DNA of 64,000 nt from Staphylococcus phage vB_SauM-UFV_DC4: the sequence record MZ779063.1; one strand, given 5' to 3'. The position numbers and the translations under genes were made by a program. This document shows, in pieces, positions 1 to 10,398 of the stretch. The notes beneath the pieces were generated by a model. It had not been told where the DNA came from, did no database searches, and worked only from the letters and a program-made list of their open reading frames with translations. How positions within the stretch are numbered: position 1 is the stretch's first letter; the number at the start of each line of letters is the position of its first letter.

Positions 1-1
1 A

Positions 2-220
2 TTGGAACTTTTATCACAAATTAGAGATCATTTTGATATAGAATTCTTTGTATCAGATTCTTGTTTCTCGCATATACCGGAGAATGATAAAAGAGATAAT
101 GATGATATAGATGATAGATACTATAATTTATTTGACGAATATAAAATATCTGGAGTATTTGAAGAGATTATGGATGAAAAGATTATTAAAAAATATTTAG
201 TGAAAAATAATTTTAAATAG
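2..220 (+). CDS. C-terminal end of a hypothetical protein, truncated by the window edge; member of a tandem paralog family with a conserved C-terminus (FEEIxDEKIIKKYLVKNNFK)
   Basis: The C-terminal 20 aa are nearly identical to those of ORFs 236..1030 and 1044..1880; same strand, tightly spaced. Confidence 0.5.
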   Translation: MELLSQIRDHFDIEFFVSDSCFSHIPENDKRDNDDIDDRYYNLFDEYKISGVFEEIMDEKIIKKYLVKNNFK

Positions 221-235
221 AAGGAGATCAATATA

Positions 236-1030
236 ATGGGTGTAATTAAAAGTGATAAAAAATATTTCTTATGTAAAATAAATGATGAATTATTTGAAGT
301 TGATAAAAATCATAGAGATTCATTTTTATATGACTATTTACCTTTAATAATAGCTGAAAAAATAATTAATTCGACTGAAAAAGATTCATATGAAACTAGA
401 GCAATGGATGTTTATTATAAAAAAGAAGATAATGTAATTGAAGGTAATTTAAAATTTTTAGCAAGATGTTTACTTCCTGTCCTGTATAATTTCAATAATA
501 AAAATTCATTTAAAACCGTTATGACTCTCGCAAATTTTAAATTTAAAAGGGATGCTAATAAATCTACTTTTAGTATAGATAAAAATAGTGTTAATGATAA
601 AATACTATTTCAAATGAGACCTTTAGGAAATGAAATTGATGATATTTTATTTAATAGTATTATAAGTGACCTTTTGAACGAAGATGACGAAATAGAAATG
701 AAACAAATGTTATTAGTTGGTAATTTTGAAAAATTATTAAACGAAATTGATAGTCAAAATATAAAACATCATGATGATTTTAAAATTTTAATCAAAGATA
801 TATTCAATATTTATCTTAATTTATTAAAATCCTTAAGACATCATCTTAATATTGAATTTTTCTTTTCTGAATCTTCTTTTCTAGACACGTTAAATGTTTA
901 TAATTTTGATATTATTAATAAAGATAGTTATAAAATAAATATTTTTGAAGATGATTTAGATGGAATATTTGAAGAAATTACCGATGAAAAATTTGTTAGA
1001 GAATATTTAGTGAAAAATAATTTTAAATAA
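236..1030 (+). CDS. Hypothetical protein, paralog family A
   Basis: ATG preceded by AAGGAG; internal region HLNIEFFFSESSFL and C-terminus EEITDEKFVREYLVKNNFK mirror the neighbouring ORFs. Confidence 0.6.
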   Translation: MGVIKSDKKYFLCKINDELFEVDKNHRDSFLYDYLPLIIAEKIINSTEKDSYETRAMDVYYKKEDNVIEGNLKFLARCLLPVLYNFNNKNSFKTVMTLANFKFKRDANKSTFSIDKNSVNDKILFQMRPLGNEIDDILFNSIISDLLNEDDEIEMKQMLLVGNFEKLLNEIDSQNIKHHDDFKILIKDIFNIYLNLLKSLRHHLNIEFFFSESSFLDTLNVYNFDIINKDSYKINIFEDDLDGIFEEITDEKFVREYLVKNNFK

Positions 1031-1043
1031 AGGAGTTAATATA

Positions 1044-1880
1044 ATGAGTGATGTATATTATGAATATAAATTGAGAAATAAAATATTTAAGTTTAATGAT
1101 GAAATTGAAGATTTAAGCGATACCGGTATTAAGAACTTTATAACATATGAAAATAATATTTTAAGCAATTTATTGACAAATATATTAATTGATCATACTG
1201 TCTATGGTTTTATACCGAATATATCCTATGAAGAAAATAAAAATGATGGTGTTGATAAAGAATATGTAAAAAAGGTAAATTTAAGTATTTTAAAACATTT
1301 ACCCTTAGTATCATACAGTGTAGGTAATTCAAATATATTAAATGATTTTTCTTTAAATGTCAATTCTGTTGTTGATATTTATAAAAAAGGAAATTTCGAA
1401 GATGAAGAAGGCAATAAAATGATTATACCTAAAGAAAATTTTAAATTGGAGACAAATATAAATATTGATAATTTAGGTGGAAAAATCGATCATGAATTAT
1501 TTAATAAAATATGTGGAGATATTTTTGATCAAGACGAGAATTTTTTATTTTATAAAATGTATGATCATATATTAGAGGAAAATTCTATGTCACTATATGA
1601 GAATATAGGAAATATAAATAATAAATTGGTTTATGAAATTATACTCCGTTTAAATAATAATATTTTATCATTATTTGAAAAAATCAGAAGTCATTTAGAC
1701 GTGAGATTTTATTTAAGAGATAAAGACTTTTATCTTTTCAGTAATGGAGAAATAGACAAAGATTCATTAAGTGACGAATATATTGAAATATCTGAATTTT
1801 TAGGAAAATCATCTTTATTTAAAAAGATTACAGATGAGAAGATTATTAAAAATTATGAAATAAAAGAAAACTTCAAATAA
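1044..1880 (+). CDS. Hypothetical protein, paralog family A
   Basis: AAGGAG RBS; SHLDVRFYL... and C-terminal KITDEKIIKNYEIKENFK resemble ORFs 2..220 and 236..1030. Confidence 0.6.
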   Translation: MSDVYYEYKLRNKIFKFNDEIEDLSDTGIKNFITYENNILSNLLTNILIDHTVYGFIPNISYEENKNDGVDKEYVKKVNLSILKHLPLVSYSVGNSNILNDFSLNVNSVVDIYKKGNFEDEEGNKMIIPKENFKLETNINIDNLGGKIDHELFNKICGDIFDQDENFLFYKMYDHILEENSMSLYENIGNINNKLVYEIILRLNNNILSLFEKIRSHLDVRFYLRDKDFYLFSNGEIDKDSLSDEYIEISEFLGKSSLFKKITDEKIIKNYEIKENFK

Positions 1881-1936
1881 AATTAAAAATTTATAGTAAC
1901 GGAAATATATTTATCAATAGGAGTTGAAACTGGATA

Positions 1937-4672
1937 ATGAAGATTAAAAGATTAAAGTTAAAGAATTTTATCGGTATTTATGCTGGTATGGGATTAAAAG
2001 AAGTTGAAATTGATTTTAGTAAAAGTAAAAATAATATGATTATGCTTCTTGGAGATAACGCTTCAGGTAAGACGACAGTTATGTCTAATCTTAATCCATA
2101 TAGAGAAACTAATGATCAACGTAAAACTATAGTATTAGAAGATGAAAAAGGTATAAAAGAGATTGATTATATTAAGGGTAATGATGTTTATGAAATTAAA
2201 CATCATTATGGTAAAAACAGTTCTCAAAATAAATCATTCATTAAGAAAAATGGTGAAGAACTTAATGAAAATGGTGGTATTAAATTATTCAATGAAATAG
2301 TAGATAAAGAATTAGGTGTATCTAAAGAATACTTTACTGTAGGTCGTTTAGGTGATAACGTATCAAACTTCATTGACTATACTACAGGTGATCGTAAATC
2401 ATATATCAATAAATTTGTACCTAATATTGATAGATACTTAGAAGCTTATAAAGTAGCTAATGAGAAATTAAAAATTATTACTAAAGATTTAAAATCACTT
2501 AGATTTGATTTAGACAAATATAAAGAATTTGATGAAATCAAAAAAGAAAAAGAGAATTTAGAAACTTTAATTGATCAATTACAAAATGAACTTGATGAAG
2601 CTAATAAAGATAAAACAACTCATGAAACTAAAATGAATTCTATCATGGAAGATAAGTACAAAGAGATTCATCCAACTGAATATAAAAATCAATTAATTAA
2701 TGAAATTAATGAACTTAATCAAGAATTAGAAAAAGAAAGAAAGTTAAAAGAAGATAATGAGAATTTAAATAAATATACTATTGAATCCGCTAATGAGAAA
2801 AAAGATAAAATAGATACTATATTAAATAATACTAATAATGAGTTGACTTCTGTTGAGAAAGATAAAGAGAATAATCAAGATAAATTAGATGATTTAATCA
2901 GTAGAAAATCTAAAATAGAATCTCGTATGAATGCTATCAAATTTAATGAAGATTATGATGCTTCTGATGAAATTGATTCAATTCTTGAAGGATATAAAGA
3001 AGATTTAGAAGGTATTAAAGATGATGTAGATATTTCTAGAGGGTCTTTTGTAAGTGAATTCGGTTTACAAATTAAAGATAATATTAAAGAGGATTCATTA
3101 AGATTATATGTAAATGATTTAATTTCTAAGGTAGATAATTTTAAAGAATTTATTAATGATAATGAATTTAAATATGGTTCTATTCGTGGAGATTTTGAAA
3201 GTGAAATTAAAGATAATAATGAAAAAATTTCTATGAACCAGAATGAATTTAATGAAATTAATACTAAGCTTAATCAAATTAAAGGTAAATCAGACTTATT
3301 AAAAATATTAGATCAAAAAGATCATGAACACTATAATGAATGTGTATTTGTTCCTTTAGTAGCTGACTTTAAAGATAATGAATTTGATTCAATTTCTGAA
3401 TTAGAAAATAAAGGTAATCAACTTTATAAAGATAATCAAGAATTAGAAAAAGATAATAGATTATTATCTAATCATATTGATTTATTACGTAAATTTAATG
3501 ACATACTTAATAGCAGAAATGGTTTAATTGAATATATTGGTTTTGAAATGATTGATATTGATAGTATTGAAGAAATATTTACTAATGGTAATACATTCTC
3601 TAGTGAACTAAATAGACTTAATTCATTAATTGAAAAGACAAATGAAATTCGTACTAATGAAACTAATAGAGATAAATTGACTATTGAATTAGAGAGAAAA
3701 GAAAATGCTCTTAAAGAAGATTATTCTAATAAGAAAATATTAGATCAATATAAAGAAGATAAAGAAGATTTAGTTAAACAAATTGAAGAAATTAAAAATA
3801 AAAATAATGAAATTTCTGAGAATCTTAATTATCTTAATGGTCGTAAAGAAAAAGCAATTACTAACTTAAATATTATTAATGAATTTATTAATCTAACAGA
3901 GAGATCTGAAGAAATTAAATTAAAAATGAAAGATAAAAATGATATAGTTGATGACATTGATAAGGATCTTTCAAAATTAAGTAATTTATATGAACTTAAT
4001 CAAAAAGCAGACAATAAGATTCAATCTATTAAAGATAATTTAACTATGAAGAAAAATGATTTAGAATCTACTAAAGAAAAATACTTTGCAGTTAATTCTA
4101 TTATTACTAAGATTGATGAAATTGAATCAGTGTTATGGAAATATAATATGGTGGTAGACTCATTAAATCCTAAGAAAGACTCTATACCATTAATATTCAT
4201 TACTAATTATCTTAAAGATATTGCAGTAAGTACTAATGAATTACTTTCAGTTGCTTATAATAATTCATTTAAAATTGACTTTGACTTAACAGATAAAGAT
4301 TTCTTTATTAATGTGTATAAAGGTAATGGAACTGAACTTAAGGATATTAAAGAAGCTTCTCAAGGAGAAACAGCTTTAACTAATATTAGTTTATCATTAT
4401 CATTATTAAACAAAGTATCTCAAGATTATAATATTCTATACTTAGATGAAATGGATTCAACATTAGATTCTAATAATAGAAGAAGATTTGTTGATGTGAT
4501 TGACAGACAAATTGAATTAATGGGTCTAGAGCAAGTATTCTTAATTAGTCATAATGATGAATTTTATAGTGCTAATATTGACTTAATTTTACTTAAAGGA
4601 TATGAAAGTAAAATTGACATTAATAATGAAGAAATGATGCAAGGTAAAAATGTATTATTTAAAGTAAACTAA
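1937..4672 (+). CDS. SbcC/Rad50-like (T4 gp46-like) SMC-family recombination/repair ATPase
   Basis: N-terminal Walker A LLGDNASGKTT right after a KLKNFIGIY start typical of Rad50/SbcC. About 700 aa of coiled-coil-like K/E/N-rich sequence. C-terminal signature SQGETALTNISLSLSL, then Walker B/D-loop ILYLDEMDSTLD and FLISHN. Confidence 0.8.
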   Translation: MKIKRLKLKNFIGIYAGMGLKEVEIDFSKSKNNMIMLLGDNASGKTTVMSNLNPYRETNDQRKTIVLEDEKGIKEIDYIKGNDVYEIKHHYGKNSSQNKSFIKKNGEELNENGGIKLFNEIVDKELGVSKEYFTVGRLGDNVSNFIDYTTGDRKSYINKFVPNIDRYLEAYKVANEKLKIITKDLKSLRFDLDKYKEFDEIKKEKENLETLIDQLQNELDEANKDKTTHETKMNSIMEDKYKEIHPTEYKNQLINEINELNQELEKERKLKEDNENLNKYTIESANEKKDKIDTILNNTNNELTSVEKDKENNQDKLDDLISRKSKIESRMNAIKFNEDYDASDEIDSILEGYKEDLEGIKDDVDISRGSFVSEFGLQIKDNIKEDSLRLYVNDLISKVDNFKEFINDNEFKYGSIRGDFESEIKDNNEKISMNQNEFNEINTKLNQIKGKSDLLKILDQKDHEHYNECVFVPLVADFKDNEFDSISELENKGNQLYKDNQELEKDNRLLSNHIDLLRKFNDILNSRNGLIEYIGFEMIDIDSIEEIFTNGNTFSSELNRLNSLIEKTNEIRTNETNRDKLTIELERKENALKEDYSNKKILDQYKEDKEDLVKQIEEIKNKNNEISENLNYLNGRKEKAITNLNIINEFINLTERSEEIKLKMKDKNDIVDDIDKDLSKLSNLYELNQKADNKIQSIKDNLTMKKNDLESTKEKYFAVNSIITKIDEIESVLWKYNMVVDSLNPKKDSIPLIFITNYLKDIAVSTNELLSVAYNNSFKIDFDLTDKDFFINVYKGNGTELKDIKEASQGETALTNISLSLSLLNKVSQDYNILYLDEMDSTLDSNNRRRFVDVIDRQIELMGLEQVFLISHNDEFYSANIDLILLKGYESKIDINNEEMMQGKNVLFKVN

Positions 4673-4708
4673 AATCTGTTATTAAAAATTTGAGAGGAGT
4701 AACTCTAT

Positions 4709-4996
4709 TTGATTCTTAATGTTAATAAGACTTTAGATGCTAAATTGGAAAAAGAAATGTATGATGATATTAGAACTGCATTCATTGATAGTACGTTAAC
4801 ACCAATCCGTTATAAAAAATTAGAAGATTTATGTGAAATCCATAATAAAGATATAAAACTTTATTATAACCATGATATGATAGAATCTAAAGAATTAAGA
4901 AAAAGTTTGATTAGATTTTATAAAGAAAATAATTTAGATGAAGACGAATTCATTATAAAGATTAAAAAAGAAGTTATTAAAGATACATTTAAATAG
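4709..4996 (+). CDS. Hypothetical small protein (TTG start)
   Basis: ORF with GAGAGGAG RBS 9 nt upstream of TTG. Confidence 0.4.
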   Translation: MILNVNKTLDAKLEKEMYDDIRTAFIDSTLTPIRYKKLEDLCEIHNKDIKLYYNHDMIESKELRKSLIRFYKENNLDEDEFIIKIKKEVIKDTFK

Positions 4997-5012
4997 AAAA
5001 GGACGGTTTTAT

Positions 5013-5165
5013 ATGGATAAAAAGAAATTATGGATATTGACAGGTATAACTTTTTTAACATCTCTCACAGTAAATTTCATTATTTTATATTATAAAGATA
5101 AATATAAAATGGATGATATTGATACAGCAGAAGATCCATTTATGAAAGGTCCATTATTTATATAA
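5013..5165 (+). CDS. Small predicted membrane protein (~50 aa), not in the ORF track
   Basis: AAAAGGACGG RBS, ATG at 5013, hydrophobic segment LWILTGITFLTSLTVNFIILYY, stop at 5163-5165, followed by a terminator hairpin. Confidence 0.35.
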   Translation: MDKKKLWILTGITFLTSLTVNFIILYYKDKYKMDDIDTAEDPFMKGPLFI

Positions 5166-5174
5166 TTTAAATAT

Positions 5175-5215
5175 TGCCAAACATTCTTTAAATAGAGTGT
5201 TTGGCATTTTATATT
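5175..5215 (+). terminator. Rho-independent terminator hairpin (TGCCAAACA...TGTTTGGCA) followed by a T-run
   Basis: Perfect 9-bp inverted repeat with a 14-nt loop, then TTTTATATTTT. Confidence 0.55.
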
Positions 5216-5288
5216 TTAATTTTTTATGAAATCTAAGTAACGATTAAATTATCAAAGTAGCAATTGAATTGAGGAGTGTTCAAAGATA

Positions 5289-7010
5289 ATGGGTAGATTT
5301 ATTAAATCAACATATTTAAATAAAAAAGAGACACATTCAGGAAAAGAAAAAGTAGTAATGGTAGTTAAAGAAGAAGACGGTAATAAAAAACATATGGAAA
5401 TAACTGATCCAATGATGCATTATTATGTAACTAAAGATGAACATTGGTTACCACCTAATAAAATTGTAGGTTCTATTGAAAAAGATAAAGTAAGAACTGT
5501 TACTTGTAAGCATAAAGATATTATCAAATCAGTAGTTAAAGAAGCTGGTAATGCTCAAGATAAAGCAGAATATGATAGAATTATGAAATCAGGTAATTGG
5601 CAAGAATATAGAAAATTAAAAGATTTTCATTTATTAAATAATGCTCATGGATCTGATATTAATATAGAAGATTATAATATTAATGAGTATATTAAAAAGA
5701 ATTTAGATAGTAAAGTCGGTATAGATATATGTCTATTCGATATTGAGGTTGATGGTTCTCAAGTAACAGGCTTCCCAGATCCTGAAAAAGCTGAAGCAGA
5801 GATAAATATTATAACTGTAGTGGATTGGAGTAAGAAAAAAGTATTAACATTCGCTCTTAAATATGACACTGATACTTATAGAGAAACTATGAAAGATCAA
5901 GATAAGTTAATTAAAGACTTAAATGAAATCTATAATAATGAAAATAGTGAAATTGGTAAAGATTTAGGTTTAGAATTTGAAATATATGAATTAGATACAG
6001 AAATGCAAGTAATTAAATCTTTCTTATACTATATTAATGAAATTAGTAAACCTGATATATGTACAGCATGGAATCTAGATTATGACTTCCCTGCAATATT
6101 TGAACGTATTAGAGCTAATGGAGAAGATCCTGCAGATTATTTCTGTTCTAAAGAATTTGAAGATAAAAAAGCATATTATAAATTAGATAAAAATGCTACT
6201 GATATGGCTAATAGATCTTCTACATTTGAGACTAATTCTTATACTAACTGGATTGACCAATTAGCTTTATATGCAAATATTAATAAACCTAATGGTGCTT
6301 TGGAATCAGTTAAGTTAAATGATATTGGAGAAAAAGAAGCGAGAGTTACTAAAGATGTTTATGAAGGTTCTATCTCTGATTTACATTTTAGAGATTATTA
6401 CACATTTATACTTTATAATATTAAAGATACTGTATTAGCTGCATTAATTGAACATAACACTAATATGTTTGATTTATTATTCTCTATTGTAGATATGACT
6501 AGAACAAGACCTAGTAAAGCACTTAAGAAAACTATTTGTTTAAGAAATCGTAGTTCAGTATTCTTTGAAAATCAAGGATATGTATTAAGTAATAACCACT
6601 CAAAATTATTATCAGATCCGAATGCAGATAAAATTCGTGGTGGATTTGTAGCAGATATGATGTTAATTGAACGTAATGGTGATACATTAGTTAAAGGTAG
6701 AGATATTAGATCTAATAGATTATTTAGTAATGTTTGTGACTTTGACTTGAGTGCTCTATACCCATCTATTATTAGAGCATATAATATAACACCTGAAGGA
6801 CATGTGGGTAAAATGAATATTCTTGATAAAGATAGAATAACAGTGCCTAAGTATGAGGAAGATAAAGATAACTATGATTTTAATACTGAATTCGTAAGTA
6901 AGTTTAACAGTCAAGATAGTGTTGCTTTTGCTCAAGAATTTCATGGTTTACCTCCTCTTATTAAAGCATCTGATGACATTATTAAAGAATTAGAGGAGGA
7001 AATTGGTTAA
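5289..7010 (+). CDS. Family B DNA polymerase, N-terminal part (3'-5' exonuclease domain through polymerase motif A); the ORF stops shortly after motif A
   Basis: Exo I LFDIEVDG, Exo II TAWNLDYDFPAIFER, Exo III YNIKDTVLAALIEH, polymerase motif A DFDLSALYPSIIRAYNITPEG; no motif B (KxxxNSxYG) or motif C (YGDTDS) before the stop. Confidence 0.8.
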   Translation: MGRFIKSTYLNKKETHSGKEKVVMVVKEEDGNKKHMEITDPMMHYYVTKDEHWLPPNKIVGSIEKDKVRTVTCKHKDIIKSVVKEAGNAQDKAEYDRIMKSGNWQEYRKLKDFHLLNNAHGSDINIEDYNINEYIKKNLDSKVGIDICLFDIEVDGSQVTGFPDPEKAEAEINIITVVDWSKKKVLTFALKYDTDTYRETMKDQDKLIKDLNEIYNNENSEIGKDLGLEFEIYELDTEMQVIKSFLYYINEISKPDICTAWNLDYDFPAIFERIRANGEDPADYFCSKEFEDKKAYYKLDKNATDMANRSSTFETNSYTNWIDQLALYANINKPNGALESVKLNDIGEKEARVTKDVYEGSISDLHFRDYYTFILYNIKDTVLAALIEHNTNMFDLLFSIVDMTRTRPSKALKKTICLRNRSSVFFENQGYVLSNNHSKLLSDPNADKIRGGFVADMMLIERNGDTLVKGRDIRSNRLFSNVCDFDLSALYPSIIRAYNITPEGHVGKMNILDKDRITVPKYEEDKDNYDFNTEFVSKFNSQDSVAFAQEFHGLPPLIKASDDIIKELEEEIG

Positions 7011-7792
7011 TGTCTATTATTATTGAAGAATCAAAAATAGTAAATAAATTAGTAATGACTTTTGAAGAAATATCTAAGCTATTCAATAATATTGTTGATG
7101 GAAGTAAGTATATTAGTTTAAATAAAAATATTATAACAAATCATTCTAAGTCAGATGATAATCCTAATTCAGTTGAAGTGGAAATTATAGAAGATAATCC
7201 AATTTACGATTATCTTCTACCTATTGAAAATTGTGTTTTTAGTGTAGAAGACTTTATTGAAGTAAGAAAGAATAAGGGAGATAAAATTGTTAAAGTTGAA
7301 TTTTTCAATGAAATCGATAATAGTGGTATTAAAATAACTAGAGAATCTGATTTAGAAACTACTATTAATGGTGATGAGTTTGATGAAGATTTATTAGATG
7401 AAGAATTAAATTATTCATTGGATGCTATTAATTATTTTAGTTCTTTTGAACCAAGTCTAAATTTCAAATTAGATAATGATAGTTTATTGGAAATTAAGGA
7501 AAGAAAACCTTCTGAGTTCTTTAAGTTTATATTTACTGAAGATGATGTTATTGTTAAAGATCCTTATTATATTTATAATGAAGAAGACTACCTTATTGAT
7601 TTTAGAACTTCTAAAAAGTATTTATTAGGATTAAAATATAAAAAGACTAAAGGAGAAACAGTTTGTCCATTAGTTAAAATAGATGTATACGCCCCAGAAA
7701 CAACTGTATATAGTGAATTGATTATGATAAAATTTTCAATTTACCAAGACAAATTTGTTGCAAAATTGAAGAATTTAGTTTATAATATATAA
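7010..7792 (+). CDS. Hypothetical protein, start overlaps the DNA polymerase fragment's stop (TAATG)
   Basis: ATG overlapping the upstream stop; acidic; no recognisable motifs. Confidence 0.5.
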   Translation: MSIIIEESKIVNKLVMTFEEISKLFNNIVDGSKYISLNKNIITNHSKSDDNPNSVEVEIIEDNPIYDYLLPIENCVFSVEDFIEVRKNKGDKIVKVEFFNEIDNSGIKITRESDLETTINGDEFDEDLLDEELNYSLDAINYFSSFEPSLNFKLDNDSLLEIKERKPSEFFKFIFTEDDVIVKDPYYIYNEEDYLIDFRTSKKYLLGLKYKKTKGETVCPLVKIDVYAPETTVYSELIMIKFSIYQDKFVAKLKNLVYNI

Positions 7793-7835
7793 TGTGAAAA
7801 AATACTTATAAATTAAGAGAAAATTCTAAAAAGTA

Positions 7836-10298
7836 TTGAAAAGGAGTGTTTTGAATTTGGCTGATGAGAATAAAACTCAGAGAAGTATAAATAATCTCAA
7901 CAGAGATATGGTCAGAGGATTAGGCGATGAAGAAAATCCTAAGAACTTATCTGACAATATAAATGATTTTGATGATAGACTAAAAAAGATAAGACGTAAA
8001 AGTAATCATGGTAATAGTAATGGTGATATTCTATCTTTAGCATCTAAAGTAAACGGTAAAAGTAGAAATGTTAGAAAATCTAATACCGGTGATGATAAAA
8101 AAGATTTCATTAAAGATTTTATAGAAGAGAATATTGAAAATCAAGATTTTTCATCTGAAATTGCTAGAGTATCTAGATACGATGACTATAGAATTATAGA
8201 TAAATTTATACCTGAAATATCAACAAGTATTGATGTATTCGCTACTTCTATTATTGCACCTGATGATACTTCTAAATTATCATTGATGTATCGTTATGGT
8301 GATACAAATAATAAAGATGAATCAGAAAATAAAGAAGTTTTAAATGAATTAGATAGAATTGTAAAGAAATATAATTTGGACAATTTGACATATACTTCTA
8401 TTCGTGATGGTTTATTATTAGGTGATGTATTCTATATTATTAAAGATACTAAGTCTGATTTTGAAGAAATACTTAATGAAAATGATGACGTATTAGGAAG
8501 AGAAACACGAGATGAACAAAAAGTAATTAATGAATCATTTATTGACCAGAATCTTAAAGAATCTGATTTAGACACTATAATTAATGAATTTAATAATCAA
8601 TTTGAAAAGCCTATTAAAGATGAAGATCAATTAAATGAACAGAGAACTAATTTTAAAAATGAAATATTAAAGAGTATTAATGAGAATGTAGCTTTCTTTG
8701 AAAATTCTTCTGAATTACTCTCTGATATAGGTAAATACAAAGGTTCTAATGACTTACAATCATTTTTAAATAAAGCAGATAACAAAAATAAATCTAGTAA
8801 ATTAAAATCTGGTTCAGTTTATTTTAGATCCGTAGAACCCGAAGACATGATTAAATTAGAAATTGATGGTATGTGTATTGGTTATCTTTATATTGAACCT
8901 GATTCTGGAACTGATTTAAGAGGAGGAGCTAATCCTTTATTATCTGCTATGAATAATTTAATGGGAGATGGATACCAGAAGCAAGGTCAAACAGGATCAC
9001 CTTCAGGTGGTATGGGAATTACTAACTTAGATCCTGTTACTGGTGGCGTTGCAGGAAATAATATGTCTAGTAATTCTAAAAATCCTAATTCAGGAATGAA
9101 TGCTACATCTGGATCATATTATGAAAATGGAAATACTGTTATGGCATATCAAGGTTTAGTTGATGTTATAGTTAAAGGTATATCTCAAAAGATTAATATG
9201 GACTTCATTAATAAAAATGATTCATTTAAAGATATCATATATAGATTAATCCGTAAGAATTATATTATTGAAAATGGTATTAAAATGACTTTCTTAGAAG
9301 CTGATGAAGTGTTTCATCATAAATTAGACAGTCAAAAAACTTATGGAGTTTCTAAACTTAATAAATCATTATTCTTTGCTAAATTATATTTAAGTACTTT
9401 AATAACTACAATGATGGTTAAATTAAATCAATCAAGAGATAGACGTGTATTTAGAGTTAATGCAGGTTTAGATGATGATTATGAAGGAACTGTAGAAGAA
9501 ATAATTCGTAATGTGAGACAAAACGAAATGTCTACAGGATTATTTGGTGACGGAACTTCAGTTCAAACATTATTCAATCAAGTAGGTAACTTAGAAAACA
9601 TGTACATTCCTCAAAATAAAGAAGGTACTTCACCTTTAGAAATAGATACAATCTCTGGTATTCAAGTTGATATTAATGATGAGTTCTTAGAATGGCTTAA
9701 GAAATCAGTTATATCAGGTACAGGAGTTCCTTTAAACTATATTGATGCTGAAACTGAAACTGATTACGCACGTTCATTATCAATGCAGAATAATAACTTT
9801 GTCAGACGTGTAGTTAATTATCAAAAATCTTTCGGTGAATTTTATACTGAAGTATTAAGAAAACTTTATTATTTAGAAAATGTAAGTAAAAATAAAAAAG
9901 AAAATGAAGAATTAAGTAATAGAATACAAGAAATTGAAGCATACTTCCCAGCACCAGTATTCTTAAACTTAGGAAACCTTAATGAAGAAGTTGGAGCCGT
10001 TACGCAAATGATAGACTTCTTAGTTCCTTTATATACTTCAGAAGCTTCTGGTGACGAAGAAGAAGATGATAACGAAAAACTAAAACGTCTATTCCGTAAA
10101 GAATTAGTTCAACAAGAATTCATGTCTAATTTAGATTACGATAGATATGAAGATATTATTAACAATATTAAAGATGAAATAAATAAAGATAAAAGAAAAA
10201 ATGACATGGTAAATAATAATAATACTGATGAAGACGATTTATCTTCTTCAGATGACTCTGAAAATAATTCAAGCGATAATTTTGAGGATGATTTCTAA
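7836..10298 (+). CDS. Large hypothetical protein with a Gly/Ser/Asn-rich internal linker and a strongly acidic C-terminal tail; the true start is probably TTG at 7851 after AAGGAG
   Basis: Long ORF; low-complexity segment GGANPLLSAMNNLMGDGYQKQGQTGSPSGGMGITNLDPVTGGVAGNN; C-terminus DEDDLSSSDDSENNSSDNFEDDF. Confidence 0.5.
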   Translation: MKRSVLNLADENKTQRSINNLNRDMVRGLGDEENPKNLSDNINDFDDRLKKIRRKSNHGNSNGDILSLASKVNGKSRNVRKSNTGDDKKDFIKDFIEENIENQDFSSEIARVSRYDDYRIIDKFIPEISTSIDVFATSIIAPDDTSKLSLMYRYGDTNNKDESENKEVLNELDRIVKKYNLDNLTYTSIRDGLLLGDVFYIIKDTKSDFEEILNENDDVLGRETRDEQKVINESFIDQNLKESDLDTIINEFNNQFEKPIKDEDQLNEQRTNFKNEILKSINENVAFFENSSELLSDIGKYKGSNDLQSFLNKADNKNKSSKLKSGSVYFRSVEPEDMIKLEIDGMCIGYLYIEPDSGTDLRGGANPLLSAMNNLMGDGYQKQGQTGSPSGGMGITNLDPVTGGVAGNNMSSNSKNPNSGMNATSGSYYENGNTVMAYQGLVDVIVKGISQKINMDFINKNDSFKDIIYRLIRKNYIIENGIKMTFLEADEVFHHKLDSQKTYGVSKLNKSLFFAKLYLSTLITTMMVKLNQSRDRRVFRVNAGLDDDYEGTVEEIIRNVRQNEMSTGLFGDGTSVQTLFNQVGNLENMYIPQNKEGTSPLEIDTISGIQVDINDEFLEWLKKSVISGTGVPLNYIDAETETDYARSLSMQNNNFVRRVVNYQKSFGEFYTEVLRKLYYLENVSKNKKENEELSNRIQEIEAYFPAPVFLNLGNLNEEVGAVTQMIDFLVPLYTSEASGDEEEDDNEKLKRLFRKELVQQEFMSNLDYDRYEDIINNIKDEINKDKRKNDMVNNNNTDEDDLSSSDDSENNSSDNFEDDF

Positions 10299-10344
10299 TA
10301 TTGACATTTGAATAACGGATTAAATACAATTCGTTATTCAAATT

Positions 10345-10370
10345 TATATTATATAAGTGTAGTACAGAAT
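10345..10370 (+). promoter_or_regulatory. Promoter-like motif TATATTATATAAGTGTAGTAC upstream of the RNAP beta-prime fragment
   Basis: One of at least 8 copies of TATATTATA(N2-5)TG(A/T)(A/G) found 30-60 nt upstream of plus-strand starts. Confidence 0.45.
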
Positions 10371-10398
10371 ATTTATTTATAAGGAGAATGAATTAGAT

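Noticed and set aside
6756-6944. Minus-strand 62-aa ORF inside the DNA polymerase gene
   Set aside because: It is embedded antisense in a well-supported CDS. The same applies to 13505..13741, 18550..18915, 20113..20316, 20834..21127, 21518..21778, 22317..22517, 25168..25458, 29920..30147, 31236..31436, 33418..33771, 36996..37313, 39165..39395, 41045..41269, 41397..41579, 41942..42127, 43479..43673, 49941..50144, 50975..51193, 52352..52582, 55780..56094, 57417..57614 and 62167..62478.
7836-10298. Possibility that the 820-aa protein is the missing DNA polymerase C-terminal half or an RNAP subunit
   Set aside because: No motif B (KxxxNSxYG) is present. YGDTNN occurs too early to be motif C. There is no NADFDGD and no GGQRFGEME. 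It is left as hypothetical.
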